DNA of 64,000 nt, taken from NCBI GenBank assembly GCA_902585605.1, contig CACIED010000001.1:560240-624239 (forward strand), written 5' to 3'. Origin of the DNA: an uncultured Alphaproteobacteria bacterium (GTDB taxonomy: Bacteria; Pseudomonadota; Alphaproteobacteria; HIMB59; GCA-002718135). Positions 40,353-50,089 of this stretch are shown here, one piece after another. A program made the position numbers and the translations under genes. Numbering within the stretch: position 1 is the first letter of the stretch; each line of letters opens with the position of its first letter. Under the pieces are notes generated by a model that was not told where the DNA came from, did not search any database, and was given only the letters and a program-made list of their open reading frames with translations.

Positions 40353-41645
40353 ATGGATAAGAATAGAAAAGTACATCAGTTTAAAAATCCTGTCCTTAAT
40401 TGGATAGAGTTTCGTTTACCAATTGTTTCTTATTTCAAAAAAGAATACGGCGATTATCCAATGCCTAAAAATTGTAATTATTTTTGGAGTTTTGGTGCAT
40501 TGGCAACAATTACACTTGTTACAATGATTGTAAGTGGAATTTTTCTTGCAATGAATTACACACCACATACTGATATGGCATTTGATAGTGTTGAAAGAAT
40601 AATGCGAGATGTCAATTACGGTTGGTTAATGCGATACATCCATTCAAATGGTGCAGCCTTTTTCTTCATCATAGTTTACATTCACATAGTAAGAGCAATG
40701 TATTTTGGTTCTTACAAATATCCAAGAGAACTTAATTGGATTTTAGGTGTATTCATATTTTTATTAATGATGGCTACTTCTTTTCTTGGTTACACATTAC
40801 CGTGGGGACAAATGTCTTATTGGGGAGCAACAGTTATAACAAATTTATTTAGCGCAATTCCATTTATTGGTGAGGGATTAAAAACATGGCTTCTTGGTGA
40901 TTACAATGTTGGTAATGCTACTTTAAACCGTTTCTTTGCTCTTCATTATGTTTTACCTTTTGTTATTTTTGGTGTTGTAGGATTACATGTTGCTGCAGTT
41001 CATGTTCATGGTTCAAATAATCCTGATGGAATTGATATTAAAACTAACAATGACTCAGTAAACTTTTTTCCATATATGTTAATTAAAGATACAGTAGCTA
41101 TGTGTGCTTTTGGTGTTGCTATTTCTGCAGTAATATTCTTTGGACCAAATCTTATGGCTGAAGTTGATAATTATATTCCAGCAGATCCGCTTGTTACTCC
41201 AGCTCACATTGTTCCAAACTGGTATCTTGCACCTTTTTATGCAATTTTAAGAGCAGTACCTGATAAATTAGGAGGAGTTCTCCTAATGTTTGGTGCGATA
41301 GTAATTCTCTTTGTGCTACCTTGGTTAGATAGATCAAAGGTAAGAAGCTGTAATTATAGACCAATATATAAGTGGTTTATGATGGGTTTTTTCGTTAACT
41401 TCTTTGCATTAGGCTACGTTGGTATGCTTCCTGCTGAAGGTTTATATCTTTTAATTGCTAGAGTAGGTTTACTTTACTACTTTGGTTTTTTCTTTATCAT
41501 TACACCTTTTGTTGGTTGGATAGAGAAGCCAAGTAAGCTACCGCTCAGTATTAGTGATGTTTATGCTAAAAATATAGCTCCTAATATTGGTGGAGGAGAA
41601 AAAGGAATTCCTTCACCAGCAATGCAAAAAGATACAAATCTATAA
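40353..41645 (+). CDS. petB: Cytochrome b
   Basis: Heme ligands RYIHSNG...YIH and FALHY...LH; PWGQMSYWG; the Qo motif reads PNWY. Confidence 0.97.
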   Translation: MDKNRKVHQFKNPVLNWIEFRLPIVSYFKKEYGDYPMPKNCNYFWSFGALATITLVTMIVSGIFLAMNYTPHTDMAFDSVERIMRDVNYGWLMRYIHSNGAAFFFIIVYIHIVRAMYFGSYKYPRELNWILGVFIFLLMMATSFLGYTLPWGQMSYWGATVITNLFSAIPFIGEGLKTWLLGDYNVGNATLNRFFALHYVLPFVIFGVVGLHVAAVHVHGSNNPDGIDIKTNNDSVNFFPYMLIKDTVAMCAFGVAISAVIFFGPNLMAEVDNYIPADPLVTPAHIVPNWYLAPFYAILRAVPDKLGGVLLMFGAIVILFVLPWLDRSKVRSCNYRPIYKWFMMGFFVNFFALGYVGMLPAEGLYLLIARVGLLYYFGFFFIITPFVGWIEKPSKLPLSISDVYAKNIAPNIGGGEKGIPSPAMQKDTNL

Positions 41646-42394
41646 TGCGCCTATTACTTATTATTTTTTTATTATTCTCTTCAAATTTATTTGCTGCAGA
41701 AATGAGTACTGAAAAAATGCCAAAACACGATTGGTCTTTTAAAGGTGTAACGGGAACTTTTGATAGAGCTGCAATTCAAAGGGGCTATAAAGTTTATAGA
41801 GAAGTATGTGCAGGATGTCATTCAATGAAACTTCTGTATTACAGAGATCTTATTGATGTTGGTTTTTCCGAGGCTCAAGTGAAAGTAATTGCTTCTGAAT
41901 ATACTGTATTAGACGGTCCAAATGATGATGGTGAAATGTTTGAAAGACCGGCTAGACCAGCAGACAGATTTGTCAATCCATATGCTAATGATAACGAGGC
42001 AAGAGCAAATAATAATGGAGCTTATCCTCCAGATTTGAGTGTAATTACAAAAGCTAGAAAATATGGGGTTGATTATATTTATAACCTTCTTCTAGGTTAT
42101 GTTGAACCTCCAAAGGGAATGGAGGTCGGTAATGGAATGTGGTACAATAAATGGATGGCTGGAAATCAAATAGCTATGCCAGCACCTATAGCCGATGGAA
42201 GTGTAGATTATGATGATGGCACTGATAATAATGCAGAACAGTTATCGGCTGATGTAACACATTTTCTTCACTGGGCTGCTGAACCAGAAATGGAAGAAAG
42301 AAAAAATTTAGGAATCAAAGTAATATTATTCTTTATTATTTTAGGAACAATTGTGTACTTAGCAAAAAACAGACTTTGGCGAGACGTCACTTAG
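41645..42394 (+). CDS. petC: Cytochrome c1
   Basis: Signal peptide, VCAGCH, PPDLS, IAMP and a C-terminal TM helix. Confidence 0.96.
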   Translation: MRLLLIIFLLFSSNLFAAEMSTEKMPKHDWSFKGVTGTFDRAAIQRGYKVYREVCAGCHSMKLLYYRDLIDVGFSEAQVKVIASEYTVLDGPNDDGEMFERPARPADRFVNPYANDNEARANNNGAYPPDLSVITKARKYGVDYIYNLLLGYVEPPKGMEVGNGMWYNKWMAGNQIAMPAPIADGSVDYDDGTDNNAEQLSADVTHFLHWAAEPEMEERKNLGIKVILFFIILGTIVYLAKNRLWRDVT

Positions 42395-43491
42395 ACATTA
42401 AATAAAAAGTTCATTACATCACCATCTTTGACGATATAATCTTTACCTTCTTGTCTTAGCTTTCCCGAATCTCTACTTCCAGCATCACCATTATTTTCTA
42501 TATAGTCGTCATAAGAGACAGTCTCTGCTCTAATAAATCCTTTTTCAAAATCAGTGTGAATTTTTCCAGCAGCTTGTGGTGCAAGTGTTTCTTTTTTTAT
42601 TGTCCATGATCTTGTTTCCTTTGGACCACAAGTAAAATAGTTAATCAAACCTAAAAGTTCATATCCTGATTTTATAACCTTATTCAATGTTGTTTGATCT
42701 AAATTAAGTTCTTTTAGAAATTCAAGTTTTTCTTCCTCATTATCTAATTCCGCTATTTGTGCTTCTATTGATGCAGAGATTAAAACTACAGAATGATTAA
42801 TTTTTTTGGCTAACTCGATGACTTTTTTTGATAACTCGTTTCCAGTGTGAATAGATTCTTCATCTACATTACATATGTACATAGTAGGCTTAAGACTAAT
42901 TAAGTTAAGACTATTTACAAAGTCGATTTCATTACTAGCAAACTCATCAATTTTTAATATGCTATTGGTATCTAACATTTGTAAGATTTTATTTATTATC
43001 TCAAATTGATGTTTAGCATCTTTATCGTTTGCTTTTAATTTTTTTTCTAAACTAGTTTTTTTATTATTTAAGCTTTCAAGATCAGCCAATTGTAATTCTA
43101 AATTTATTGTTTCAATATCATCTAGTGGATCAATTTTTGATGATACATGAGTAATGTTAGTATCTTCAAAGCATCTAACAACATGTGCTATTGCGTCAAC
43201 TTCCCTAACATGTCCCAAAAATTTATTTCCTAAACCTTCTCCTTGTGATGCGCCTTTTACTAATCCTGCAATATCAACAAAATCCATAAAGGAAGGAATT
43301 ATTTTTTCACTTTTTCCAATAACTGCTAGTTTATCTAATCTGTCATCGGGCACTGCAACTCTTCCTATATTTGGCTCTATAGTTGCAAATGGATAATTTG
43401 CAGCTTCCGCTTTATTTGATTGGGTAAGAGCATTGAATAAAGTGGATTTACCAACATTTGGCAATCCAACTATCCCACACTTAAATCCCAT
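42391..43491 (-). CDS. ychF: Redox-regulated ATPase YchF
   Basis: GIVGLPNVGKST, NYPFATIEPN, DIAGLV and HTDFEKGFI. Confidence 0.97.
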   Translation of the reverse strand: MGFKCGIVGLPNVGKSTLFNALTQSNKAEAANYPFATIEPNIGRVAVPDDRLDKLAVIGKSEKIIPSFMDFVDIAGLVKGASQGEGLGNKFLGHVREVDAIAHVVRCFEDTNITHVSSKIDPLDDIETINLELQLADLESLNNKKTSLEKKLKANDKDAKHQFEIINKILQMLDTNSILKIDEFASNEIDFVNSLNLISLKPTMYICNVDEESIHTGNELSKKVIELAKKINHSVVLISASIEAQIAELDNEEEKLEFLKELNLDQTTLNKVIKSGYELLGLINYFTCGPKETRSWTIKKETLAPQAAGKIHTDFEKGFIRAETVSYDDYIENNGDAGSRDSGKLRQEGKDYIVKDGDVMNFLFNV

Positions 43492-43493
43492 AA

Positions 43494-44054
43494 TTAATTT
43501 TGCTCACTTATTTTTGTTAAAAATAGAGGAATATCTGAAAATATTAATTCTATATTTTTAACCATTTTATCAATTTTTTTATTTATTATTTCTTCTTCTG
43601 ATTTTGAAAATTTATTTAAAACATACCTTGAAACTAAATCTTTATGCCCAGGATGATCAATTCCAATACGGATTCTAAAATAATTTTCACCAATGAATTG
43701 GTCAATACTTTCCAATCCATTATGACCTCCGTTTCCACCGCCTTGTTTTATTTTTACTTTCGATAATTCTAAATCAAGGTCATCATGTACAACAAAAGTA
43801 TGGTCTAATTTTATTTTATAAAAATTTATAATTTCTGAAACAGCTTTTCCAGATAAATTCATGAATGTAAGAGGTTTTAACACAAAGATTTTTTGATTAT
43901 TTATTACTCCAGAATATAATTCTTTAATCTTATCTTCTTTGATTTTGTCTAAATTAAAATGCAAGATTATATTATCCGCTAAATGGAAACCTACATTATG
44001 TCTAGTATTTTTATAATTTACGCCTGGGTTCCCAAGTCCACAAATTAAAAACAT
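43494..44054 (-). CDS. pth: Peptidyl-tRNA hydrolase
   Basis: GLGNPG, TRHNVG, KPLTFMNLSG, HDDLD and GHNG. Confidence 0.96.
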   Translation of the reverse strand: MFLICGLGNPGVNYKNTRHNVGFHLADNIILHFNLDKIKEDKIKELYSGVINNQKIFVLKPLTFMNLSGKAVSEIINFYKIKLDHTFVVHDDLDLELSKVKIKQGGGNGGHNGLESIDQFIGENYFRIRIGIDHPGHKDLVSRYVLNKFSKSEEEIINKKIDKMVKNIELIFSDIPLFLTKISEQN

Positions 44055-44075
44055 ATAATGAAATATAAAGTAAAG

Positions 44076-44753
44076 TTACTTAGATTCTTTATTTTCTTCT
44101 TTATTATCAGAAGATTCTTCCTTCTTTTCCTCTGATTTCTCTTCACCACCTTCTGCTGCACCTTCTTCAGTTGCTTCTTCAGTTTTAGTTTCAACTTCTA
44201 CAGTTGGTGGAACTAAAGTAGCTATTACGAAATCTCTATCTGAAATAGTAGGAGCAACTCCCTCAGGTAGTTGAATGTTGCTAATTTTAACTGCATCACC
44301 TATTTCACTTTCAATTAAATCAAATTCTAGTTTGCTAGGTATATTATTTGCATTACATGTTAGTTCAACAAGTCTTCTAACAGTATTTAAAACTCCACCT
44401 TTTTTCAAACCAGGACATTTATCTTGATTTAAAAATTCAACAGGTATTTCAACGTTTACTTTTGTATTTTCTTGTACTCTTAGAAAATCAAAATGTATAA
44501 GCTGATCACTAACAGGGTGATATTGTAATTGTTTAGGAAGTATTTTTTCTTTCTTTCCGTCTACATCAAGATCGATAATTGTTGAATAAAAAGAACCAGT
44601 ACCCATTAATTTTTTGAGTATTTTATCTTCTAGAGCAATTTTCTTAGGCTCAGTTCCCTTCCCATAAATAATACCAGGGACTAAACCCTTCATTAAAAGA
44701 CTATGATTTGAACCAATATCTTTATTTCTTTCTATCGCTTTGAAATCACTCAT
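44076..44753 (-). CDS. rplY: 50S ribosomal protein L25 / general stress protein Ctc
   Basis: VPGIIYG, QYHPV, HFDF, GLKKGG and an acidic tail. Confidence 0.94.
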   Translation of the reverse strand: MSDFKAIERNKDIGSNHSLLMKGLVPGIIYGKGTEPKKIALEDKILKKLMGTGSFYSTIIDLDVDGKKEKILPKQLQYHPVSDQLIHFDFLRVQENTKVNVEIPVEFLNQDKCPGLKKGGVLNTVRRLVELTCNANNIPSKLEFDLIESEIGDAVKISNIQLPEGVAPTISDRDFVIATLVPPTVEVETKTEEATEEGAAEGGEEKSEEKKEESSDNKEENKESK

Positions 44754-44764
44754 AAAATAAAAAA

Positions 44765-45700
44765 TTAATCGAAAAGGGCGGACACTGAAGTATCAGTGTT
44801 AATCCTTTTAATCGCATCCCCCATTAAAGGAGCAATACTAATATGTCTAATGTTTTTTGTGCTTTTTACCTCCTTAGAAGGCTCAATTGTATCTGTTAAC
44901 ACCAATTCTTTTATATTTGAATTTTCAATCTTTTTTAGCGCATTCCCGGATAGTACACCGTGAACAATATAAGAATAAATTTCTTTAGCTCCATTTTTAC
45001 TTAGAGCTTCTGCAGCATTACATAACGTGCCTGCAGAGTCAGCTATATCATCTAGTAAGATACAAGTTTTATCTTTTACATCTCCGATAATATTCATGAC
45101 TTCAGACTCACCAGCCTTTTCTCTTCTTTTATCAGCAATTGCTAGTCCAGCCTCTAACCTCTTAGCAAAAGCTCTAGCTCTAACAACACCGCCAACATCA
45201 GGTGAAGCAACAACTAAATCTTTGTTTCCATCAAATCTTTCTTTAACATCATCGATTATCGGTCTTACAGAAAAAATATTATCTAAAGGAATGTCAAAAA
45301 AACCTTGAATTTGACCAGCATGTAAATCCATCGTTAGTACCCTATCAGCACCCGCGGATGTAATCAAATTTGCAACAAGTTTTGCAGTGATTGGTGTTCT
45401 AGGCCCAGTCTTTCTATCTTGTCTTGCATATCCATAATAAGGGATAACAGCAGTAATCCTTTTTGCTGAACCTCTTCTTGCTGCATCAATTGTAATTAAA
45501 AGTTCCATTAAATGGTCATTTGCTGGATGTGATGTAGATTGAATAACAAAAACATCTTCACCTCTAATATTTTCATTTATTTCGACAAATATTTCTCTAT
45601 CGTTAAAAGTTCTGACAGAGGCATCTGCTAATGGCACATCAATATGTTTAGAAATTTTTTCTGCTAGGGATTTGCTACTATTACAGGCGATTATTTTCAT
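44765..45700 (-). CDS. prs: Ribose-phosphate pyrophosphokinase
   Basis: [28 protein letters not shown] and [10 protein letters not shown]. Confidence 0.97.
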   Translation of the reverse strand: MKIIACNSSKSLAEKISKHIDVPLADASVRTFNDREIFVEINENIRGEDVFVIQSTSHPANDHLMELLITIDAARRGSAKRITAVIPYYGYARQDRKTGPRTPITAKLVANLITSAGADRVLTMDLHAGQIQGFFDIPLDNIFSVRPIIDDVKERFDGNKDLVVASPDVGGVVRARAFAKRLEAGLAIADKRREKAGESEVMNIIGDVKDKTCILLDDIADSAGTLCNAAEALSKNGAKEIYSYIVHGVLSGNALKKIENSNIKELVLTDTIEPSKEVKSTKNIRHISIAPLMGDAIKRINTDTSVSALFD

Positions 45701-45747
45701 ATAATCAAATTAATTTGTATATTAGAATTATAATAGTTCAACCAAAA

Positions 45748-46512
45748 TTAATCATTAAATGCAATGATATTGAGCATTCTTCCAGTGTCTCTAAATTTTT
45801 GTGATTCCCTTCGATGGCTAAAAAAAACTCTCTTATTTGAGAAGGTATCTTTGTTAATATTATATATATTTTTAATACCCAATTCCGTAAATTGATAGTT
45901 AATCAATCGTCTTAAATTAAATAAATCTTTGTCTTTATTTTTGTATTTGAAGAAAATAGAGTATTTCTTATTTTTACTTATAAACTTACTTTTAAAGTCT
46001 TTTGAAACTTCAAAGTTTTTAAAGCTCAAACAAGGACCAATAAGAACCACAATATTTTTTTTCATTATTTTTTGTTTAACAAAATATTCTATACCTTTAG
46101 CAGCTATATTTTTTAATGCCCCTTTCCAACCTGAATGAAGAGCACAAATATATTTTTTATTTTTATCAAAAATAAAAATTGGACAGCAATCTGCAGTTAA
46201 AACTCCTAACGCTATTTTCTTATTGCTTGTTATTAATCCATCTCCAGAATATTTATTACCTATATTTTTTTTATTAATTTCTACAATTTTGTTGGAGTGT
46301 ATTTGACTAATAAATTTAATTTTTTTTTTGATCTTTAAATTTTTAAGACAGATATCAATATTTTTATTTACATTTGCTTTAGTATCTTTAAGGTTTAAGC
46401 TACAGTTTAATGAATAGTTTTCTTTTTTTGATACTCCGCCATTTCTAGTAAAAAAACCAGCTCTAACAAAAGTCTCAATTTTTGCATGTGTAAAATAATT
46501 TTTAGTAATCAT
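45748..46512 (-). CDS. pgeF: Peptidoglycan editing factor / purine nucleoside phosphorylase YfiH
   Basis: FFTRNGG, QIHS, TADCCP, HSGWKG, GPC and FFSHRR. Confidence 0.88.
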   Translation of the reverse strand: MITKNYFTHAKIETFVRAGFFTRNGGVSKKENYSLNCSLNLKDTKANVNKNIDICLKNLKIKKKIKFISQIHSNKIVEINKKNIGNKYSGDGLITSNKKIALGVLTADCCPIFIFDKNKKYICALHSGWKGALKNIAAKGIEYFVKQKIMKKNIVVLIGPCLSFKNFEVSKDFKSKFISKNKKYSIFFKYKNKDKDLFNLRRLINYQFTELGIKNIYNINKDTFSNKRVFFSHRRESQKFRDTGRMLNIIAFND

Positions 46513-47561
46513 AAGTTAGAAACAACAAGACACTTAAATAAGTTTCCCATCCTATCAACATTAATTAATCTATCCACCTCTTCATTTAATAAATTTTTAT
46601 TTAATCTAGAATTGTTAGTTAATAATTTTTTTTTCCGTTCTAATATTCCATATTTTATTAAAAATTCTCTTTGTGAAATAAACTCGTTGATTTGTAATTT
46701 GTTTTGTTTTGCTATTTCAATTAATTCATTGAAATTAACATGACTTGAAATGTCTTGTTGGCCTATATTTTCAAATATACTGGTTTTTTTATGATTATAT
46801 ATTGCCTGTAACGTAAAGTTTTTTATTTTGTTATTATATCCATAATCGATTAAAATACATAAACCTCTATTTTTTTTGAGATATCTACAAATTTGCTCAA
46901 AATATTTATTTCTTGAATAAGAAACTTCATAAATTTTTTGTCTTTTGTTTTTATTTAAATATTCTAATATTTTTTTACTAATTACTCTTTTATTTATAGA
47001 ATAATATTTATTTTCCTTTTCATTGAATTTTACATATCTTTCAAACCAATGATTGTTATCATTTAAAAATTGCCTTACAGGAAAACAGTCAAAAAATTCA
47101 TTTGAATATATTATTGAAGGCAGTTTAGATCTGAAATTTAAAGCTTTTGACCATCTAATTTTTGATTGCTTAAAATATTTTAAATTTTTTTCTTGTATTT
47201 TTCTTAATTCATTATTTATTTCTATTAAATTAACATTAGCGTTTTCAAAAAAGTTAGGAAGTATCTTTGCAGTTCTTTCAATATCTTTAAATAAGGTTCC
47301 ATTTCCTGGTCCTAATTCAATTAAATTAAATTTTGAGTTAATTTTTTCTTTCCAATTATAAACTAAATACACACCAATAATTTCTCCAAACATTTGTGAA
47401 ATTTCTGGAGATGTAACAAAGTCAAATTTTCTTCCAATGGGTTTTTTGTTTAAGTAATAACCATTTCTATCATACAGAGCCAAGTCAATAAATTTATCTA
47501 AACGCAAATTTTTTTTATTGTTAAGTAGTTTTATTTTATTAATTTTTCTTTTGCTTAACAT
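46509..47561 (-). CDS. SAM-dependent methyltransferase, MidA/NDUFAF7 family
   Basis: DFVTSPEISQMFGE, IELGPGNG, NEFFDCFP, IDYG and DISSHVNF. Confidence 0.9.
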   Translation of the reverse strand: MLSKRKINKIKLLNNKKNLRLDKFIDLALYDRNGYYLNKKPIGRKFDFVTSPEISQMFGEIIGVYLVYNWKEKINSKFNLIELGPGNGTLFKDIERTAKILPNFFENANVNLIEINNELRKIQEKNLKYFKQSKIRWSKALNFRSKLPSIIYSNEFFDCFPVRQFLNDNNHWFERYVKFNEKENKYYSINKRVISKKILEYLNKNKRQKIYEVSYSRNKYFEQICRYLKKNRGLCILIDYGYNNKIKNFTLQAIYNHKKTSIFENIGQQDISSHVNFNELIEIAKQNKLQINEFISQREFLIKYGILERKKKLLTNNSRLNKNLLNEEVDRLINVDRMGNLFKCLVVSNL

Positions 47562-48330
47562 TTTGAATTATCAATATTCCAAAAATAAAAAAAGGTATAC
47601 ATAGTATTTGACCCATTGAAATAAAATTAAAAAATAATCCTAGGTGCAAATCTGGCTCTCTGACGTATTCAATTAAAAATCTAAATATGGAATAAAATAT
47701 TAAAAAGAGACCACTAATTGCTCCGTAAATTTTGTATTTTTTTATCTTATAAAAATAAATTAATAATATGAGAAATAAAATAATTCCCTCAAGAAAAGCT
47801 TCATATATTTGAGAAGGATGCCTTGGTATATTATCAATTGATGGATAAATAACTGAAATATAAAAATCAGTTGGTCTACCTATTAGCTCTGTATTAATAA
47901 AGTTTGCAATTCGACCAAAAAATAATCCAATAGGAGCAACGATTGAAACTAAATCAGATAGGTAGAAAAAACTTTTTCCATTAATTTTTGCAAATATTAA
48001 AGTACCTATTATTATACCCATCAACCCACCATGGAAAGACATACCTCCATTCCAAATTTCTAATAGATAAAAAGGATTAGTTAAAAATTCATTAATTTGA
48101 TAAAAAATAACATAACCTGTTCGTCCTCCGATAATTACACCTAATACTGCCCAAATAAGAAAACTATCTATATTTTTATTACTGTATTGATTTCCATAAA
48201 TTTTGTTTAATCTTTTAATAATATAAATTCCTAATAGAAATCCGAAGATATATGCTAAACTATACCATCTTATTTCAATGAAACCGATTGATAAGATGAC
48301 AGGATCTATTGAAGGTTGAATAAAATTCAT
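47539..48330 (-). CDS. lgt: Prolipoprotein diacylglyceryl transferase
   Basis: IRWYSLAY, GGMSFHGG, GRIANFIN, RHPSQIYE and SMGQIL. Confidence 0.96.
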   Translation of the reverse strand: MNFIQPSIDPVILSIGFIEIRWYSLAYIFGFLLGIYIIKRLNKIYGNQYSNKNIDSFLIWAVLGVIIGGRTGYVIFYQINEFLTNPFYLLEIWNGGMSFHGGLMGIIIGTLIFAKINGKSFFYLSDLVSIVAPIGLFFGRIANFINTELIGRPTDFYISVIYPSIDNIPRHPSQIYEAFLEGIILFLILLIYFYKIKKYKIYGAISGLFLIFYSIFRFLIEYVREPDLHLGLFFNFISMGQILCIPFFIFGILIIQNVKQKKN

Positions 48331-48353
48331 TTATCTATATTTAATATTATAAC

Positions 48354-48644
48354 ATGGTTGATAGAAACAAAATACTTTCCGATCTATCAAAATTTGCAGT
48401 TGATGCTATGAGCACTTTTTCGGGTGTTAAGGAGGAGATCGAAACAATTGTATCTTTACGAGTTAACAAAATAATAAAAAAAATGAACCTCGTTAAAAAA
48501 GATGAATTTGATGCATTGAAAAAAATGGTGCAAAAAGTTATGATGGAAAATGAAAAATTAAAGAAAACATCTTCAAGATCAGCAAAATCTAAGAAAAAAA
48601 CACTCAAAAAGAAAAAAACTATTAAAAAGAAATCAAAAAGATAG
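48354..48644 (+). CDS. Accessory factor UbiK (YqiC/BMFP) family protein with a Lys-rich tail
   Basis: MNLVKKDEFDALKKM coiled-coil motif, divergent from lgt as is usual in alphaproteobacteria. Confidence 0.7.
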   Translation: MVDRNKILSDLSKFAVDAMSTFSGVKEEIETIVSLRVNKIIKKMNLVKKDEFDALKKMVQKVMMENEKLKKTSSRSAKSKKKTLKKKKTIKKKSKR

Positions 48645-48707
48645 GAATCCTCAACTAATTCACATTTTTTATAGATTTTACCTTGCAAAATACGAGTCCA
48701 ATCTAGT

Positions 48708-48752
48708 AATCAATATATAGTACTAATTATATGTGCCATGACTATATAGTGT
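48708..48752. promoter_or_regulatory. Two NrdR-box-like sites upstream of the YbjN-domain gene
   Basis: AATCAATATATAGTAC (48708-48723; 12/16 to ACACWATATMTWGTGT) and CATGACTATATAGTGT (48737-48752; 11/16), the second abutting the ATG. Confidence 0.4.
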
Positions 48753-49241
48753 ATGGAAAATGAGAATATATTGCTAAATCCCATAGATATCATTGAAGAT
48801 GTTATTCATCAAAAAAAATGGAATTTTAGTAGAGCTGCCGATCATGAATTAGTTGCTGAAATAGCATCCCATTGGTGCGCTTACAGACTATACTTTACAT
48901 GGTCTGAAAATATTAATGCGTTAAGTTTTTCAATAACTTTTGATATTAAGTTTCCTGAAACTAAACTTAATAAGGCGTATGAACTACTAGGACTTATAAA
49001 TGAGAACTTATGGATTGGGCATTTTGATATAACAAGTAAAAATGGTATCCCAGCTTTTAGACATACTTTATTATCAAATAATTCAACAGAAACATTGCAC
49101 AAAAAATTTGAAGATCTTGTTGATATTGGAATTTATGAATGTGAAAAATTTTATCCAAGTTTTCAGCAAGTTCTCTTTGATGATATTCCTCCTAAAGAAG
49201 CTATAAAATTTTCTAATTTTGAAGTTATTGGCAGAGCTTAA
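48753..49241 (+). CDS. YbjN-domain protein (alphaproteobacterial type)
   Basis: NPIDIIE, LINENLWIGHFD, FRHTL and ECEKFYP.FQ; upstream of proC. Confidence 0.8.
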   Translation: MENENILLNPIDIIEDVIHQKKWNFSRAADHELVAEIASHWCAYRLYFTWSENINALSFSITFDIKFPETKLNKAYELLGLINENLWIGHFDITSKNGIPAFRHTLLSNNSTETLHKKFEDLVDIGIYECEKFYPSFQQVLFDDIPPKEAIKFSNFEVIGRA

Positions 49242-49273
49242 TTTTTATTATAAAACTGCTATATTATAGATAG

Positions 49274-50089
49274 ATGAAAAATATCTTATTAATTGGATGT
49301 GGTCATATGGGAGGATCTTTAATGTCCGGATGGTCTAACTCTAAGAATTACACCATCAGTGTTATAGATAAAAGAAAATATTCAATTCTTAAAAAAAAAA
49401 ATAGAAATAAGAAAATAAATTTTTTTAAATCAATTGATGATATCAATAATCAAAACAATTTTGATTATATAATATTTGCAACTCGACCTCTTGAATTAAA
49501 AAATGTCTTTAAAGAATTAAAAAATGTAAATTTAAATAAAAAATCTATAGTAATAAGTGTAATAGCAGGTAAAAAAACAGAAATTTTTAAAAAAAATTTA
49601 TTAAATATAAGCAAAATTGTAAGAGTAATGCCAAACATGCCTGCTTTAATAGGAGAGGGCGTTCATTGCATTTATACGAATAAATCTATTAATAAAAAAG
49701 AAATTAAAGAGATTGATAAATTGTTCTCTTTGAGTGGCAAAACTCTTTTTTTTAATAGTGAAACTTTTATAGACAAAGCAACAGCAGTATCAGGAAGTGG
49801 TCCGGGTTTTATATTTCAGTTAATTGATATAATGGAAAAATCTGCAATTAATTTAGGTTTTTCCAAAAACACAGCTAAAATTTTAATTAATGAAACTTTT
49901 AGAGGTTCTTTAAATTTATTAAACTCTAATAATATTTCTGCTGAAAAAATGGTTGAAACTGTTGCAACTAGAGGTGGTACAACAGAAGCAGGAATCAAGA
50001 AAATGAAAATAAATAAGGTTGATAATATCTTTAATCAAGTTTTTAAGGCAGCATACAAAAGAGCAAAACAACAAGGTGCAGGTAAGTGA
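49274..50089 (+). CDS. proC: Pyrroline-5-carboxylate reductase
   Basis: IGCGHMG, SVIAG, RVMPNMP, AVSGSGP and VATRGGTT. Confidence 0.94.
   Translation: MKNILLIGCGHMGGSLMSGWSNSKNYTISVIDKRKYSILKKKNRNKKINFFKSIDDINNQNNFDYIIFATRPLELKNVFKELKNVNLNKKSIVISVIAGKKTEIFKKNLLNISKIVRVMPNMPALIGEGVHCIYTNKSINKKEIKEIDKLFSLSGKTLFFNSETFIDKATAVSGSGPGFIFQLIDIMEKSAINLGFSKNTAKILINETFRGSLNLLNSNNISAEKMVETVATRGGTTEAGIKKMKINKVDNIFNQVFKAAYKRAKQQGAGK

Noticed and set aside
48338-48356. Zur-like half-site TATAACAT at the ubiK start
   Set aside because: The left half is degenerate, it overlaps the ATG, and the gene has no evident link to zinc.
48347-48688. 113-aa minus-strand ORF
   Set aside because: Antisense shadow of the UbiK-like gene; its Phe/Leu richness simply mirrors Lys codons.
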